From assembly GCA_964016885.1 (NCBI GenBank), contig OZ024741.1, positions 178,622,001 to 178,686,000 on the forward strand: a stretch of 64,000 bases of DNA, in the 5' to 3' direction. The position numbers and the translations under genes were made by a program. The notes beneath the pieces are model-generated. The model had not been told where the DNA came from. It saw only the letters and a program-made list of their open reading frames with translations, and did no database searches. This stretch comes from Eledone cirrhosa (taxonomy: Eukaryota). Below are positions 29,571-42,552 of this stretch, piece by piece; position 1 is the first letter of the stretch, and every line of letters starts with the position of its first letter.

Positions 29571-29571
<1 letters not shown>

Positions 29572-30078
29572 ATGCCAAGTTTATTGTGTAGAATACTCTC
29601 AACTCTCTCACGGGATATGCTAATAGCATTAGCTATTTGATTTATAATCAATCATTTCTCCCCCATTGCCATGAGGTGAACACGAGTAATGTTTTCCTTG
29701 GTTGTGGCAGTTGCAGAACGTCTAAAATTTGGGTCATCTTTAAGTCTCTCCCTTCCCCTCCTAACTCAGCTGCCCACTTTTGTACTGTTGATAAAGTTGG
29801 ATAGTAATCCCCTAATGTAGCAACAGGTTAGCATGAATGTCGATGGGGGCTAAACCCTTTTTTCTGCAGGTACACCACGATACCAAATTTCATCCGTTTT
29901 CCTGAAAAGTCGCTACTAGTTATATTTGAATTTTTCTTTGAACAATGAAATGTCAGTTTACCTGGACAGAAAGATTGCTGCAGTTTTTAATAAGATGAGT
30001 TAAAGTTAATGCATGCATGATTTCACAGCCCTATTATCACTCCATCATAGCCTATGAACTTTAAATCTCACCCTCGTA
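29571..30078 (-). mobile_element. Mariner transposon 5' fragment (TIR + N-terminal HTH, degenerate)
   Basis: TA-CGAGGG TIR start at about 30078; encodes degraded YLQKKGLAPIDIHA..STVQKWAAE..DDP..IANAISISRERVESILHNKLGM. Confidence 0.8.
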
Positions 30079-30186
30079 TATATATGACAGTGTGCGTGAT
30101 TAAAGGACCCGAGGATGCATATAACACCTACTTTGTGCACTGATTAATTTGAAAAGTTTAATATACTGTCAGTCATCATATATCTA

Positions 30187-30590
30187 TATCGTGGTGTACC
30201 TGCAGAAAAAGGGTTTAGCCCCCATCGACATTCATGCTGAACTGGTTGCTACATTAGGGGATTACGATCCAACTTTATCAACAGTACAAAAGTGGGCAGC
30301 TGAGTTTAGGAGGGGAATGGAGAGACTTAAAGATGACCCAAAGTCTAGACGTTCTGCAACTGCCACCACCAAGGACTCATGGCAATGGAGGATAAATGAT
30401 TGATTATAAATCAAATAGCTAATGCTATTAGCATATCCCGTGAGATAGTTGAGAATATTCTACACAATAAACTTGGCATGACACAGGATTCTACTCGGTG
30501 GGTGCTCGTTTCCGACTTCTGATCAACACCCCGCCAGGCTGATCATATCACGGGGAAATCTGACACTGGTTGAGGCAAATCCAGTTGATT
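30187..30590 (+). mobile_element. Inverted second copy of the mariner transposase fragment
   Basis: ORF VVYLQKKGLAPIDIHAELVATLGDYDPTLSTVQKWAAEFRRG..LKDDPKS; reverse complement of about 29571-29882. Confidence 0.8.
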
Positions 30591-30871
30591 ATCGTGAGAC
30601 AAAGAGAGAATGAAAGAGCGGGAGAGTCTGCAGTGCTGACCGAGGATACCACTAATCATGTGAGTACTCGACACATGGCGAGATGAAGAGTGGGTATAGA
30701 GATGTGTAACATCCCGACCGCTTGAGTCTTGCACACGTTTCTACATTGCGATATGTATATTTAATTCTCTAATACAACAAATGAAATTAAGTTAATATGT
30801 GTAGAGAAAACTTTCTTTTGACTTAAGGCTGATGCCTAGTATATGAATTTATTTCCGTACACTGTAATACA

Positions 30872-30948
<77 letters not shown>

Positions 30949-30949
<1 letters not shown>

Positions 30950-31372
30950 TAGACATGAAAAATGCGCAAGCTCAAAAGAGCCACAGAATGTTATAATAAA
31001 CCTTCAAAAGTGTGGGACTAGAGTTATTGCTCAAAAATATTGTAATCATTATCTATCGTACACTCTGTGGTATCCGTCTATAAAAAAGAGACTCATAACG
31101 AACTCAAGACGACACGATTATTATTTAAGCTAATGTTCAATATCTCATATACGAAATGCACTTAAACCGAATTCTATATTATAAATTCACTTAAATAATA
31201 ATCGTGTCATCTTGAGTTCGTTATGAGTCTCTTTTTTTATAGACGGATACCACAGAGTGTACGATAGATAATGATTACAATATTTTTGAGCAACAACTCT
31301 AGTCCCACACTTTTGAAGGTTTATTATAACATTCTGAGGCTCTTTTGAGCTTGCGCATTTTTCAGGTCTAGT
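30949..31372. repeat. About 180-bp inverted repeat with about 60-bp spacer
   Basis: 30949-31129 mirrors 31190-31372 (actagacatgaaaaatgcgc.. / ..gcgcatttttcaggtctagt); the left arm abuts (TA)n. Confidence 0.9.
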
Positions 31373-32116
31373 TTAATATCTTTTTAAGGCAACGCTTGTA
31401 ATAACTCTAGTTAAACATGATATATATTAATAATAAATTATCGTTGTAATGTAATTAGATTATATAATTGTTATTTTATAAATGATCTTATGAATATTAT
31501 TGTAAGATGTATAAACATATTTTCAGTCTTTTCATATAAACAACTACAAAAAACAATCAATATTAAATAAATATATTTTACATAATAATTGTTATAGTTG
31601 AATTACTAAAAATTAAATATTACATACAAAGACTCTAACATAATAATAAAAAAATAATCTAACATAATAATAATAAAATAATCTAACATAAAACGAACAA
31701 TAATATGGTCATATATACAAGTAAATATGATACAACCAATATTCTAAGCATGTTATAACGAACTGAAAAAAAATAGTTAATATAAATTTAAAAAATCATA
31801 TATAAATTAACAATATAACTTACCAAAACGAGAAAACTATTTTGATGATAAAACGACAAAATACAGGAGAGAGATTCGAAAGAGAAACGATGAATAAACG
31901 TGCAAACAAAACGCCTTTGAGCAACAATTACACTCGTTGGTTGATTAGCCAATAAGACGATGAAATTAGCCAATAAGACGATACATTACAAAACATGTTT
32001 GGAAGGAATCGCCACGGCCAGCGATACCCCTTGAATTTTTATTCACAAGCTACGCATATATTGTCAGACAACATGCAGACTTAAAACATTCTGATGTTAG
32101 TCACTGCGTGTCTAAC

Positions 32117-32152
<36 letters not shown>

Positions 32153-34619
32153 CGTGTTTTATTAGATATTTTTACATAGAAATTGAAAATTTAACAAAAT
32201 AGCTACTCAGTACTGAATTAATGTATGAGAGACTAAATATTTTCCTTTCCAAATGTTTATGCACGCGTGCTGCGTTTACTTGATGAATGACTATTGTACG
32301 AAAACCGACACAAAACATTCTTGATAATTTACAATTCACAAGATATTGCAGAGTTACATTTTCGGGGGTGTAGATCACGATTATTTCTGATGGAATCTTA
32401 AAATAATAGCTAAAAATAAACTGGGAAATGTTTTCATCGTTCCTTCCAATTTCATGCTGCTGACGAATAATATCAATCAGAATAAGGACAAATTTTCTAC
32501 AGGAAAGTAATGTCATTTCCACAGCTTGGAATTGCGTTCAAAAATTGTATTCACAAGATAATTATAATCTACATCTCCAAAATGGTTTATTAAGAAAATT
32601 TTGTATGTCTCCTATATACCATTTATATACGACGCGCTTTATGATGTTGACTGATAAAAGACTTGTTCTTCTTTAATTTTAAATGCATTTTTATCACGTT
32701 TACATTTGAATCTTGGCAAAATTCCTAATACCGTTCTGTAAAGATTTGAAATTAGAGGGTATAAATTTATGTGACGTAATGATGTTAGGAAAGATGTGAA
32801 TGTAAAATGTGAAATAAAAGATATGAAATGCATCATAGATAGAAATTTACATAGATACTCTACAAATGGGATTAGCAGACGTTGGTCTCCTATTATGTAA
32901 TATGACTTTTTCTCGGGTATTCTTTTATCACATTTGAAACGTCAAGTCTCAGTCACAACAAAATGTACAGCTTTAAGTTTTCCTCGTAATATTCATCTTG
33001 AAGCTGTTTTATTTAACTCTTTCTCCTATGATTAGAATTCTATGCTTTTTGTGCTTTATTTTGTCTTTGCTTTTTTATTTAATTATTTTGTATATTATCT
33101 CTGACTACAACATTCTTGAACACAACACTCTGTCCCAATTTCGAATTTATATCATTGTTTTCCTTTTAATTTGAATGTTCATGCATATACATATGTATTT
33201 ATATGCATAAAATCTTATTGATTAATTTGTAATTCATGTATTGTATTTTATTTTAATCTATATTTTTTATATTACACTATTCAGGAGTCACGTATTACTG
33301 GTACAACAAATACCTTAATGCTTACTATCTTTTTATCTATGCATATTAGTATTGAGGTTCTTCATCTTAACGTTGTCAATAGAATACGGATCTTATGGTT
33401 ATTAAATTATTTGGGGAGCAGTTGGATTGGAACAGTGATTATTTTTCTGCGTTGATGTTTTTATTGTTCTAGCCGTGGTTGGTATTGTTGTTGTTAACTC
33501 CAGACCAGCTCTGAATGAGCCTATTTTAGATTAAAGGCATCAAAATCTTGAACAGCCAGGGTTGTGTAAGGCATATTGTTTCAAAGATTGAATATATCTA
33601 ATCTGTTTTTCGTGGTTCAAGAGATAGCATATCAATTGATTTTATTTTTGCTTCAAACGTTTTAATTATATTTATTAAAATGTTTATTAGAGCTTTCAGT
33701 ATTTTTAATCAACTCAGTTACAGTCGCAGAACATTAATCGCACCCTTAATTTATCTAATAGCACCATCACGAGAATCACTAAAGTTATGAAGATAAGAAT
33801 TAGTTCCGTGATTTCGGAAGCTCATTGTTATATCGTTGATGTTGTTACTTTTGTTGTTTAACAAACTTCACAGAAAGTTTATCGTTTTCCTTTATCGTTT
33901 TCCTTTATGTAATATAACTCTTTTCTGTGTGAGAGTGGGTTTTGTTTCTTTTTTCTTGTTTCTCTTTGAGGCTAGAAATAATGTATTTTGCTGGTGTTGT
34001 TGCTATTGAAGTTAATTGCCTTCTGTTAATTTTTTTGCCGTTTATTTTTTTCTCCTTGACGATTGAAATATCAAATCGAGCTTAGGATATTAGATGATGA
34101 AAATACACACATTTGCTTATAGCTAAAACGTATTAATATAGAAACAGATAATTTTTATCATTTCAAAAACAGAATATGATTACCAATTTCTGCTGTTTTT
34201 TCTCTGCGTTTTTTTTTATATACATATATACATTTTCTGTCTCAGTTATTTTTCTCAAATACAAGTTTCCAAAAGTTAATATCTATTATTATATTGTACC
34301 TCAAATGTTGAATAACTTTTATTACATAATAGTTTATCTTATATTTTTTTTTCATAATTTATATTTTCGATATTACCTAATACCCTAGTTAACTATATTG
34401 AAGTTGTCATGCATGGCTGGTACAGCTGGTTAATTATTTTTTAATTATATAAATGGGTAGTAATTTTATTCACCTCTAATATTCCTTTTCTTTTTATCTC
34501 ATTAAAAACTGTAGTGTGATGTCTATTTGAGCACTATTATTCTTCCACTTTTTAACCCTTTAATCCATTCAACAAACCCAGTAAAATATTATAATCAGTG
34601 AGTTTAAGGATCATTTCAA

Positions 34620-34999
34620 TTAGACATTTCTAGAGAGATCACAGCTCCGATACTATCGGCATGTCGTTAGAATGTCTCAGGAAAGAATCGCTGGACAGAT
34701 TTTATGGGCAAAAACAACACGAAGGAGACCCAGAGTTAAACCCCGGGCAAGATGATTGGATAACATTCATGAGCTTGACTGCTCAAGCTTGGGGATCCAG
34801 CCGGATCAGTTTGAGACGGTTGCTTCTGGCAGGACCCGCTGGAGGGAGTGTTGAGGACTCTGCCCCCGACAACACTCTCAGGAAGAAGAAGAAGAAGAAG
34901 AAGAAGAAGAAGAAGAAGAAGAAGAAGAAGAAGAAGAAGAAGAAGAAGAAGAAGAAGAAGAAGGAGAAGGAGAAGGAGAAGGAGAAGAAGAAGAAGAAG
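34620..34999 (+). mobile_element. 3' end of an RTE-clade LINE with an (AAG)n tail
   Basis: HVVRMSQERIAGQILWAKTTRRRPRVKPRAR*LDNI..GIQPDQFETVASGRTRWRE matches the RTE C-terminal GHV.RM..RGRP..RW.D..DR..WR pattern. (AAG)n at 34882-34999. Confidence 0.75.
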
Positions 35000-37900
35000 A
35001 TTTTCCTATTGCAATACAATCGATGTTTTTGTTATTGAAATTCTTGCTTTGTTTAACGCTATTATTGTTTAGCCTCAGATCACTTCTAAAGGAGCCTTTG
35101 AACGATTAAAAATCTCCAACCCTTGAGATCGCCGTCCTTTTAAAGATATATCTAAAATGTTCTTTCTTTCTGTGCTTAAGAGAATAGCGTATGAATTGAT
35201 TTTATTTTTGCCCCAAATGTTTAATTTGAAATTCTAAACACCCAGTTGTACATTCTAGTATTAATCAATTCCATATAGTTGCAGAACAATTTTACAAGCA
35301 ACATTTTATCGATTTGGCGTTAGGAAGAGCTAAAGGCGATACAGCATGTTCCTTGCATTCTTGTAAGTCTTGCAATAAATACATTCAGAAAGATAAGAAT
35401 TATTATGTTTAATGGCTTCAAAGACTCATCTAGGATGTATTTTTGTTGTTGTAGTTTAGCTTAGTAAAGGGAATTTTTTTATAAACACTCATGTGACCAC
35501 TGTGCCTTTTTTCAGGAACAGTTTATCTCGGACTACATTATCAAATGTTTATGCTTTTAATCAGTAGGATGTTGTTTGGTGGTGATCTGGCGGTTATGTG
35601 TAACAGGACCAGCAATCACGTAAATACCTCTCCTTTGGTTGTGTCTGGCTTTGATTTATTTGGCTGTATCAGATTAATTTCTTATTAGCTCATTAAAAAA
35701 AAACTTTAATATGCACCATTCCTCCCGTGACCATACGGTCTTTTTCGTGAACGGAATACCTAGAACTATAACAGACGTGTCATCTGTCCCCATCTGACGG
35801 GAGAGATCTCTCACCCGCCCCAAAGTGGGTGGGAGATCCCTCACCCACTTTGGGGCGTTTGAGAGATGTCTTCTCTTGTGAAAATTGATATAGCTTTCAT
35901 TATTTAAAATCTCCCCCATCATTTTACCTCATTTCTCCCCGTTTTGGGGAACTTTTTCATGCTACTCTCCGTTTGGGTTTTTTAGAGGTTGGCAGGTTTG
36001 ACTACAATACCAAATGAATATTTTTCTTCTTTTTCAAACAGTGGTGTGTCGTTTGATGGAGATGTGACTGTTGTGTATAGTGGGTCAATCAAGCACGTAG
36101 AGATTTCTCTTCTGGTTGTGTTTTATTTTGTGTTATTTTCCGGTATCAGATTAATTTATTTTTATAAGTTTCGATATAACAAGCTACAGAGAGGAGAGAT
36201 AACCGTCTCGTTTTATGTTACAACTTTTCTCGGGTATATTTTTCTTATAATTGTTTAAACACTTAAAATAACAAGCAGTGTTCGGACTTTACTTGATTAA
36301 AATACACACCTTTAAGTATTTCTAAAGAATGTATTGATCTGCAAACAGATTATATTTCATAGTTCAGAAACAGTCTGATTAGCAATCTATGCTATGGGTT
36401 TTTATTTATTTTCGTTTTTCTTTTAACATTTTGTTTATGTTTTATGTCTAAGATGTTCTTCTCTGGCATAATTTTCTTACAACCCAGCTTTCCAAATATT
36501 TATATGTCTTATTATATTTCAGCTGAAATGTTACATAATTTTTATTTCATATTTTATTCGATATCTTATTTTATTTGCTATTTTCTAAGACATTAAACAG
36601 GCATGTGTGAGTTTGTTGTTTAACTCTAGCTCGACCCTGATTGAGTAGATCTATGATAAATGTCATTCAAACCATGAATATCCTGTCTTTTACGCGGTGT
36701 CTAGGACTTCATTTTTTTAATTTGTCGAGTTTGATTAGAATGTGAGATTTGGCTGCTATTTCTAACAGGTTGAGAAATCCCATAGCTTTTGCCCCGTGTT
36801 AGATAAGGTTAGTGTTGTAATTTAGTTCAGGTCAGCTTTGGTGTCGTTGTTTTATTTTTCAGATATTCTGCATTTAGGAATGAACAGATTGCAGTTAAAC
36901 AATTGTAAATGTTTGTAGACCTTGTAAACCGTGTATTGAACAAACTTGTTTTGGTCTCTTGATGATTATTTTGCTTGCGTGTAGGAAGGCTATGTCTATT
37001 TCGAAAGAATTACTTTTTTGTGGGGAGTGGGGGATTTCTATCGTATTGTTATTATTATTATTTTGTTTTTTTTTTGAGGGGTGGATTTCTGTCATCTTGT
37101 TATGTTTCGAAAGTAGATAGAACAGCATATAAATACATATGTGTGCGTGCGTGTGTGAATGTGAGTGTGAGTGTACGTGTGTGGTTGTGTGTGTACACAT
37201 AATATGTTCAGTAGATGAAAAGTATTTATGGATTTATTGGTGCTTATTGGTTTAGTTGATTCAGCAATATCTTCCTGTTCTGATGTTACTGATATGAAAA
37301 TCAACCGACTTTCTCCTTCCCACCTTTTCATAAACTATCTTTCTGTCTACCACTTTTTGACTCTCCGAACGAAGCTATGAATTAATATTTTGCAGTGTTG
37401 ACAGCATATATAAAACAGTACTTATAATAAAATGCAAATTTATTCCTGGAACCATACGTGCATAAGCATATTCTTTTTTATGTATTGTTGACATGAATGT
37501 TAGAATGTATATAAAATGGTTTAATATACTAGCATATGTTGGTCGTAAATTACAGTACATGTATTCAGATAATTCAACAAAATGTATCTTTCCACGTCTA
37601 CAATTACAAACACATATTAACAACTCGTGCACTCAGGCGCAAATACATCAGTAATAATATATATAAATAACTAGGACACTCGATCAGAAAACACTTTACA
37701 ATAAACAAGTTCAAAGACTGTACTACTTCCTTCAATAATACGAGGCATTAGTAGTAGAGTCCTTCGGTCGAAACCAATATTACAATTTTGGAAAACTCTT
37801 TCAGCAATAATGCCCGCAATAATACTCTTTCAGCAATAATACCCGCCATAATATATATACTCCCGCACTTAATTCCCCCAAATCAATAAACTATACTCAG

Positions 37901-38064
37901 TTATCTAAGCTATTGTTATTGCAAGATCAGTCTACAGATCGATTTGAATTTGTGTGCGAATATATTCTAATCACAGTTACCCTGCTAATTCAATGAACAA
38001 CTTGTGTACGAACTGATACAGTTTACCTTATTTCTTTTCAATTCAGCTTCCTTAAAGGAAATCA

Positions 38065-38139
<75 letters not shown>

Positions 38140-38299
38140 CTACGTACATATATGACCGTTAGCTCCTGTTGGGGAGTTAGAGGCACCGTAGTTACATGCG
38201 TCTTGGGCATTTTAAAAAATAGCGAAATCCATACCCACGCCAGGTCTTAATAGAGAGCGAGAGTGTGATGTAGAGGAAAGAAAAAGGGCTACAGAGAAA

Positions 38300-38425
38300 A
38301 CATCGACCCCAGTAGTAGCGTGGCAATCATTTTATCGACTTCGATAGGATGAAAGGCAAAGAATCGAAACGAATAACGCAAATTATTTTCTCCGACGTTC
38401 TAGAGGTTCTGCCAATTCGCCGCCA
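38300..38425 (-). mobile_element. Diverged SINE (Meta-like)
   Basis: Minus strand: ggcggcgaattggcagaa..ctttgcctttcatcctatcgaagtcgataaaatg..ctggggtcgatg. Confidence 0.65.
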
Positions 38426-38703
38426 TGATCCCAACGTAAATACATCAATAGTATCTGCACAAATTGTAATATGCCTGTGTGTATATATGTATGTGTGTAT
38501 GTTTGTATGTGTGTGAGTAGGTATGTGTGTTTGCATGTGTGTGCTTCATGACTTCATTAATCTGGATTAAAATACAAACCGTAGCCAACACGTCTGTGTG
38601 TGAGAGAAGATATTTCGATACACGGTTTATGTTCCATAGACAATTGTGGGTATATTCATCAGCTACAAATCCATAAACCAATACATAATTATACAGACAT
38701 ATT

Positions 38704-38734
<31 letters not shown>

Positions 38735-38744
38735 ATATATATAA

Positions 38745-38880
<136 letters not shown>

Positions 38881-38894
38881 GTATGTATATATAT

Positions 38895-39910
38895 ATAGTG
38901 AAAGAATGAAGAGTAACATGGTGGTTCGCTGTACAACAAGCGGCTTTATTTCCGGTATTGACAATTGTTTCATTGATCAGGTGAGTCTAACGATTTTAAC
39001 GTATAGAATACACACCATCACACCGCTATTAGCTGTCAAACGGCCAACTGGTCACTAGATCATAAATTTCTTAACATCTCTGTCACCCTCTCTCCCTGAA
39101 ACACCATCAACCCCACTAAGACAAGACAATCAGCAAAACATTTACCACACACATTTGTCAAACCTCCCTTCACCACCCACCCTTAGCCCTTAAATATCAT
39201 ACTAGTATCTCACAATTAATCTCTAATTTATTGCTTTTTCTTTTTTCTTTCATCTGTCACTACATCAGACACTCTACACGTATCTATGTATGTTTCGAAT
39301 ACGATTTTTCATGTTAGCACTAAACCCACCACAGCATCCTCATACAAACACTTACTCACTACCATAACTATCATAGTCTGTACTTACATGCTCTCACTTA
39401 TCCTTATTTCGATATTTCCTTATATTTTTCGATTTTCTTACTCTTTTTACTGTATTTTTTCTTATCTTTTACTTTTTACATCTGTAACTTCTCTACCTAT
39501 TTATCATATATATTTTATTGTTGATGCTATTGTTTTGATTATACGCTATTTTTATATATAACTTGCCTTGAGCGAATTATTTTTGTATTCTGATAAGTTG
39601 GTCAGAGGTAAATTATGTAATGGAGATCGAGTGGCACAACTTCGAGCGATTAGCGACCTCTAGACTCAGCTGATCAATGAAACAATTGTCAATACCTGAA
39701 ATAAAGCCCCTTGTTGTACAGCCAACCATGTTACTCTTCATTCTTTCACTATTATTACTCCAAGTATAACCTACATAGGAATTACCGCGAACTCGCTGCC
39801 TAATTATGGAAACATCCTGTTGAGTTAAACAAAGCCGTACGTTAAAACTATCCACGACGCAGAGTACTCACAACCTCTAACTGGATTACCTATAACGATA
39901 ATTTGTTACC

Positions 39911-39912
<2 letters not shown>
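38895..39912 (+). mobile_element. pLTR-like element with 5' inverted arm and HHR, between (TA)n
   Basis: 38895-38989 is the reverse complement of 39661-39752; HHR at 39585-39695. Confidence 0.7.
39585..39695 (+). ncRNA. Type I hammerhead with long helix II, core G8A
   Basis: gtatt-CTGATAA-gttggtcag[gaggt..acctc]ctgatcaat-GAAA-caattg-TC-aatac. The single core substitution is probably inactivating. Confidence 0.7.
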
Positions 39913-39959
<47 letters not shown>

Positions 39960-39961
<2 letters not shown>

Positions 39962-40435
39962 TAGTTCCACAACAGTTAGTTCACCATACCGAGAACAAAT
40001 GGTTCACCTTATGCGGATCGTCAGCCCGGTCTAAATGAAGTCGTACGGAAAAGGAAAAACAACCGTACGAATACTCATGCGCAGAAACGGTCACTTCTCC
40101 TTGGCGAGGTAATCCCACGATCGATTTATGTAAGGGAGATAACTGTGGATGTCCGGAATAAATTATTCGAGTTGTTCAGAAGATTAGATTGTTGATGTTA
40201 TTCAATCTAGAGCTTTGTAATTATGTAAAAGGTGTTTCCAGACGTGTGGACAGCGTGAAAAAAGTTCATTCTTTGAAATTAGGCAATCGTTATTACGTAA
40301 TCTTCTCAGGAGATTGATCCTTTCTACAATGCACAGTCCACAAGACGGATTTCCCCTTGCGTATGGCTTGGACCTAGCGATAGCTTTCCATTGGATGGAG
40401 TAGTCTACACCTGAGTCTTTGAGGGACCATACGTT
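39960..40435 (-). mobile_element. Diverged copy of the 21901-22608 family
   Basis: Shared blocks caacagttagttcaccataccgagaac, aagggagataactg and ttgcgtatggcttggac; degraded HHR at 39989-40028 (CTGACGA..GAAC). Confidence 0.75.
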
Positions 40436-40825
40436 GTACTGGGTTACATGATACCAGTAGCACTCAAGAGTTACCCGACATAAATATATACATATACATA
40501 CATATATATATATATATATATATTGATGATGTAAGCGCTCTTTGTTTTTGTTTCATATATATATATAGAGAGAGAGAGAGAAATTCTAGAAGAAAGAGGA
40601 GTTGTGTGCTTACTGGATGAAGTGTATTTAGAAATAAGAGTAAAGCACAAACGGGGAACATTTCCCAATAGCAGTTGTCTGCTGGAGGTTAAGGACTTTC
40701 TACGCATTAAAGACAATATGTCTAGCTCCAGTGCGTCAATAGCTATTGGATATTATTGGGGGAAAGAAAAATATATATATATATATGTATACTTATGCAC
40801 ACATGTATATATATACATATATATA

Positions 40826-40888
<63 letters not shown>

Positions 40889-40955
40889 TGGTAGAATACT
40901 GGAAGGTAATATCCGTGGTGGTATAGCTCTCAGTCCATGGGACGATTGAGGTAGC

Positions 40956-41242
<287 letters not shown>

Positions 41243-41677
41243 GGGTTAGGAAGGCGAGGCTGTGTGGTTACTAAAGTGTTAGAAGGTAAGGGGACACAGA
41301 CAAGAGGTGAAAATATTCCCTTTGTCAGCTGTTTACTTTGGATCATGGATGTTTCGGCGCATATGAACAGAACATCGATCTGTAGCGCGTCCATGGCCTT
41401 TTCTCTATCAAAAAGCCAATAGGGAAAGAAGTGATAGCGAAGAGAGAGGAAGAAAGAAAAAAGGAAGAAGAGAAAAAGGAAAAAACGAAGTAAACATACC
41501 GATAGAAGGGATAACACAGGACAATAGCACATATATGTGGGTAACCGAAGAGAAAATAGCCCGGTGACCATAATAACAGAGGAGCTAGGTAATTCTGTGG
41601 CGATTCTCAGTAAAGTTAGTGTAGAGAGAGAGAAAGACGGAGAAATCGGAAGTGAGAGGGGGTAGATTACAGAGAGA

Positions 41678-41751
<74 letters not shown>

Positions 41752-41992
41752 TATAAGAGATATCAACATGAATGGACCTGTTATTTTTATCTAATATCAT
41801 TTTTTCCAAATTCCATCCCACCCGTCCCCTCAATCTATTTTATTTCTCATTCTTTCTTCTGATGAAGGACTAGCGTTCGAAAGGTTAAGACCCTCTTCCT
41901 GCTATATAAAGCGTTAACCTAATATATCCCTTCCATATACTATACCGATTGTGTTGTTATTTCTGTTTACCTTTTACAGACATATATATATA

Positions 41993-42306
41993 AACAAACG
42001 AAGCACTCGATAGGAATTTATCTGGAGTATCGTTAATATTCAAAATATTAATAAATGAGAAATACTTTCACATAACCAAAGTTTATATTTTATTATATAT
42101 ATTTCAAGGGTACAGTGGTTTTTAAGTACGCTTTCATCAGATAAAACACAAGAGATTGGTTATACGACATATCCCTATGGTCTTGATGCCTCAATCTCTA
42201 TAGTGCCACTATAGGGATTGAAGGATCAAGACTGTACCCTTGAAATATATATAATAAAATATAAACTTTGGTTATGTGAAAGTATTTCTCATTTATTAAT
42301 ATTTTG

Positions 42307-42308
<2 letters not shown>
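41993..42308 (-). mobile_element. Short pLTR fragment with HHR and inverted arm
   Basis: 42039-42116 is mirrored at 42231-42308; internal hairpin at 42180-42232; flanked by TA runs. Confidence 0.75.
42088..42146 (-). ncRNA. Minimal type I hammerhead ribozyme
   Basis: ttttat-CTGATGA-aagcgtac..gtaccctt-GAAA-tatata-TA-ataaaa. Confidence 0.83.
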
Positions 42309-42360
<52 letters not shown>

Positions 42361-42505
42361 TAAGATGTATGTTAGGTCGTATGTGAATCGCGATGATCAC
42401 GTCTGACCTACCAAATATGTGACGGTAGCTAGTTAAGCTCTATGCGGAGCAGAAATATTAGTGAAAAAGAACAAAGGAACTATTATGACATTATAACAAG
42501 TTTAT

Positions 42506-42552
42506 TGCCGACAGCCGTTTCGTCCGACCACATGGTGGAACTTTTCAAGGCA
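42506..42552 (-). ncRNA. Hammerhead ribozyme, U3-A8 variant
   Basis: tgcc-TTGAAAA-gttc..ggac-GAAA-cggctg-TC-ggca. Confidence 0.72.

Noticed and set aside
32172-32522. 116-aa minus-strand ORF
   Set aside because: No recognisable domain, a non-ATG start and no clear splice signals.
34661-35072. Poly-K/poly-R/poly-F proteins
   Set aside because: Translations of the (AAG)n tail of an RTE fragment.
36863-36905. Micro-exon reading YSAFRNEQIAVKQ (kinase-like) or ILHLGMNRL (LRR-like)
   Set aside because: Too short, ambiguous in frame, and without supporting neighbouring exons.
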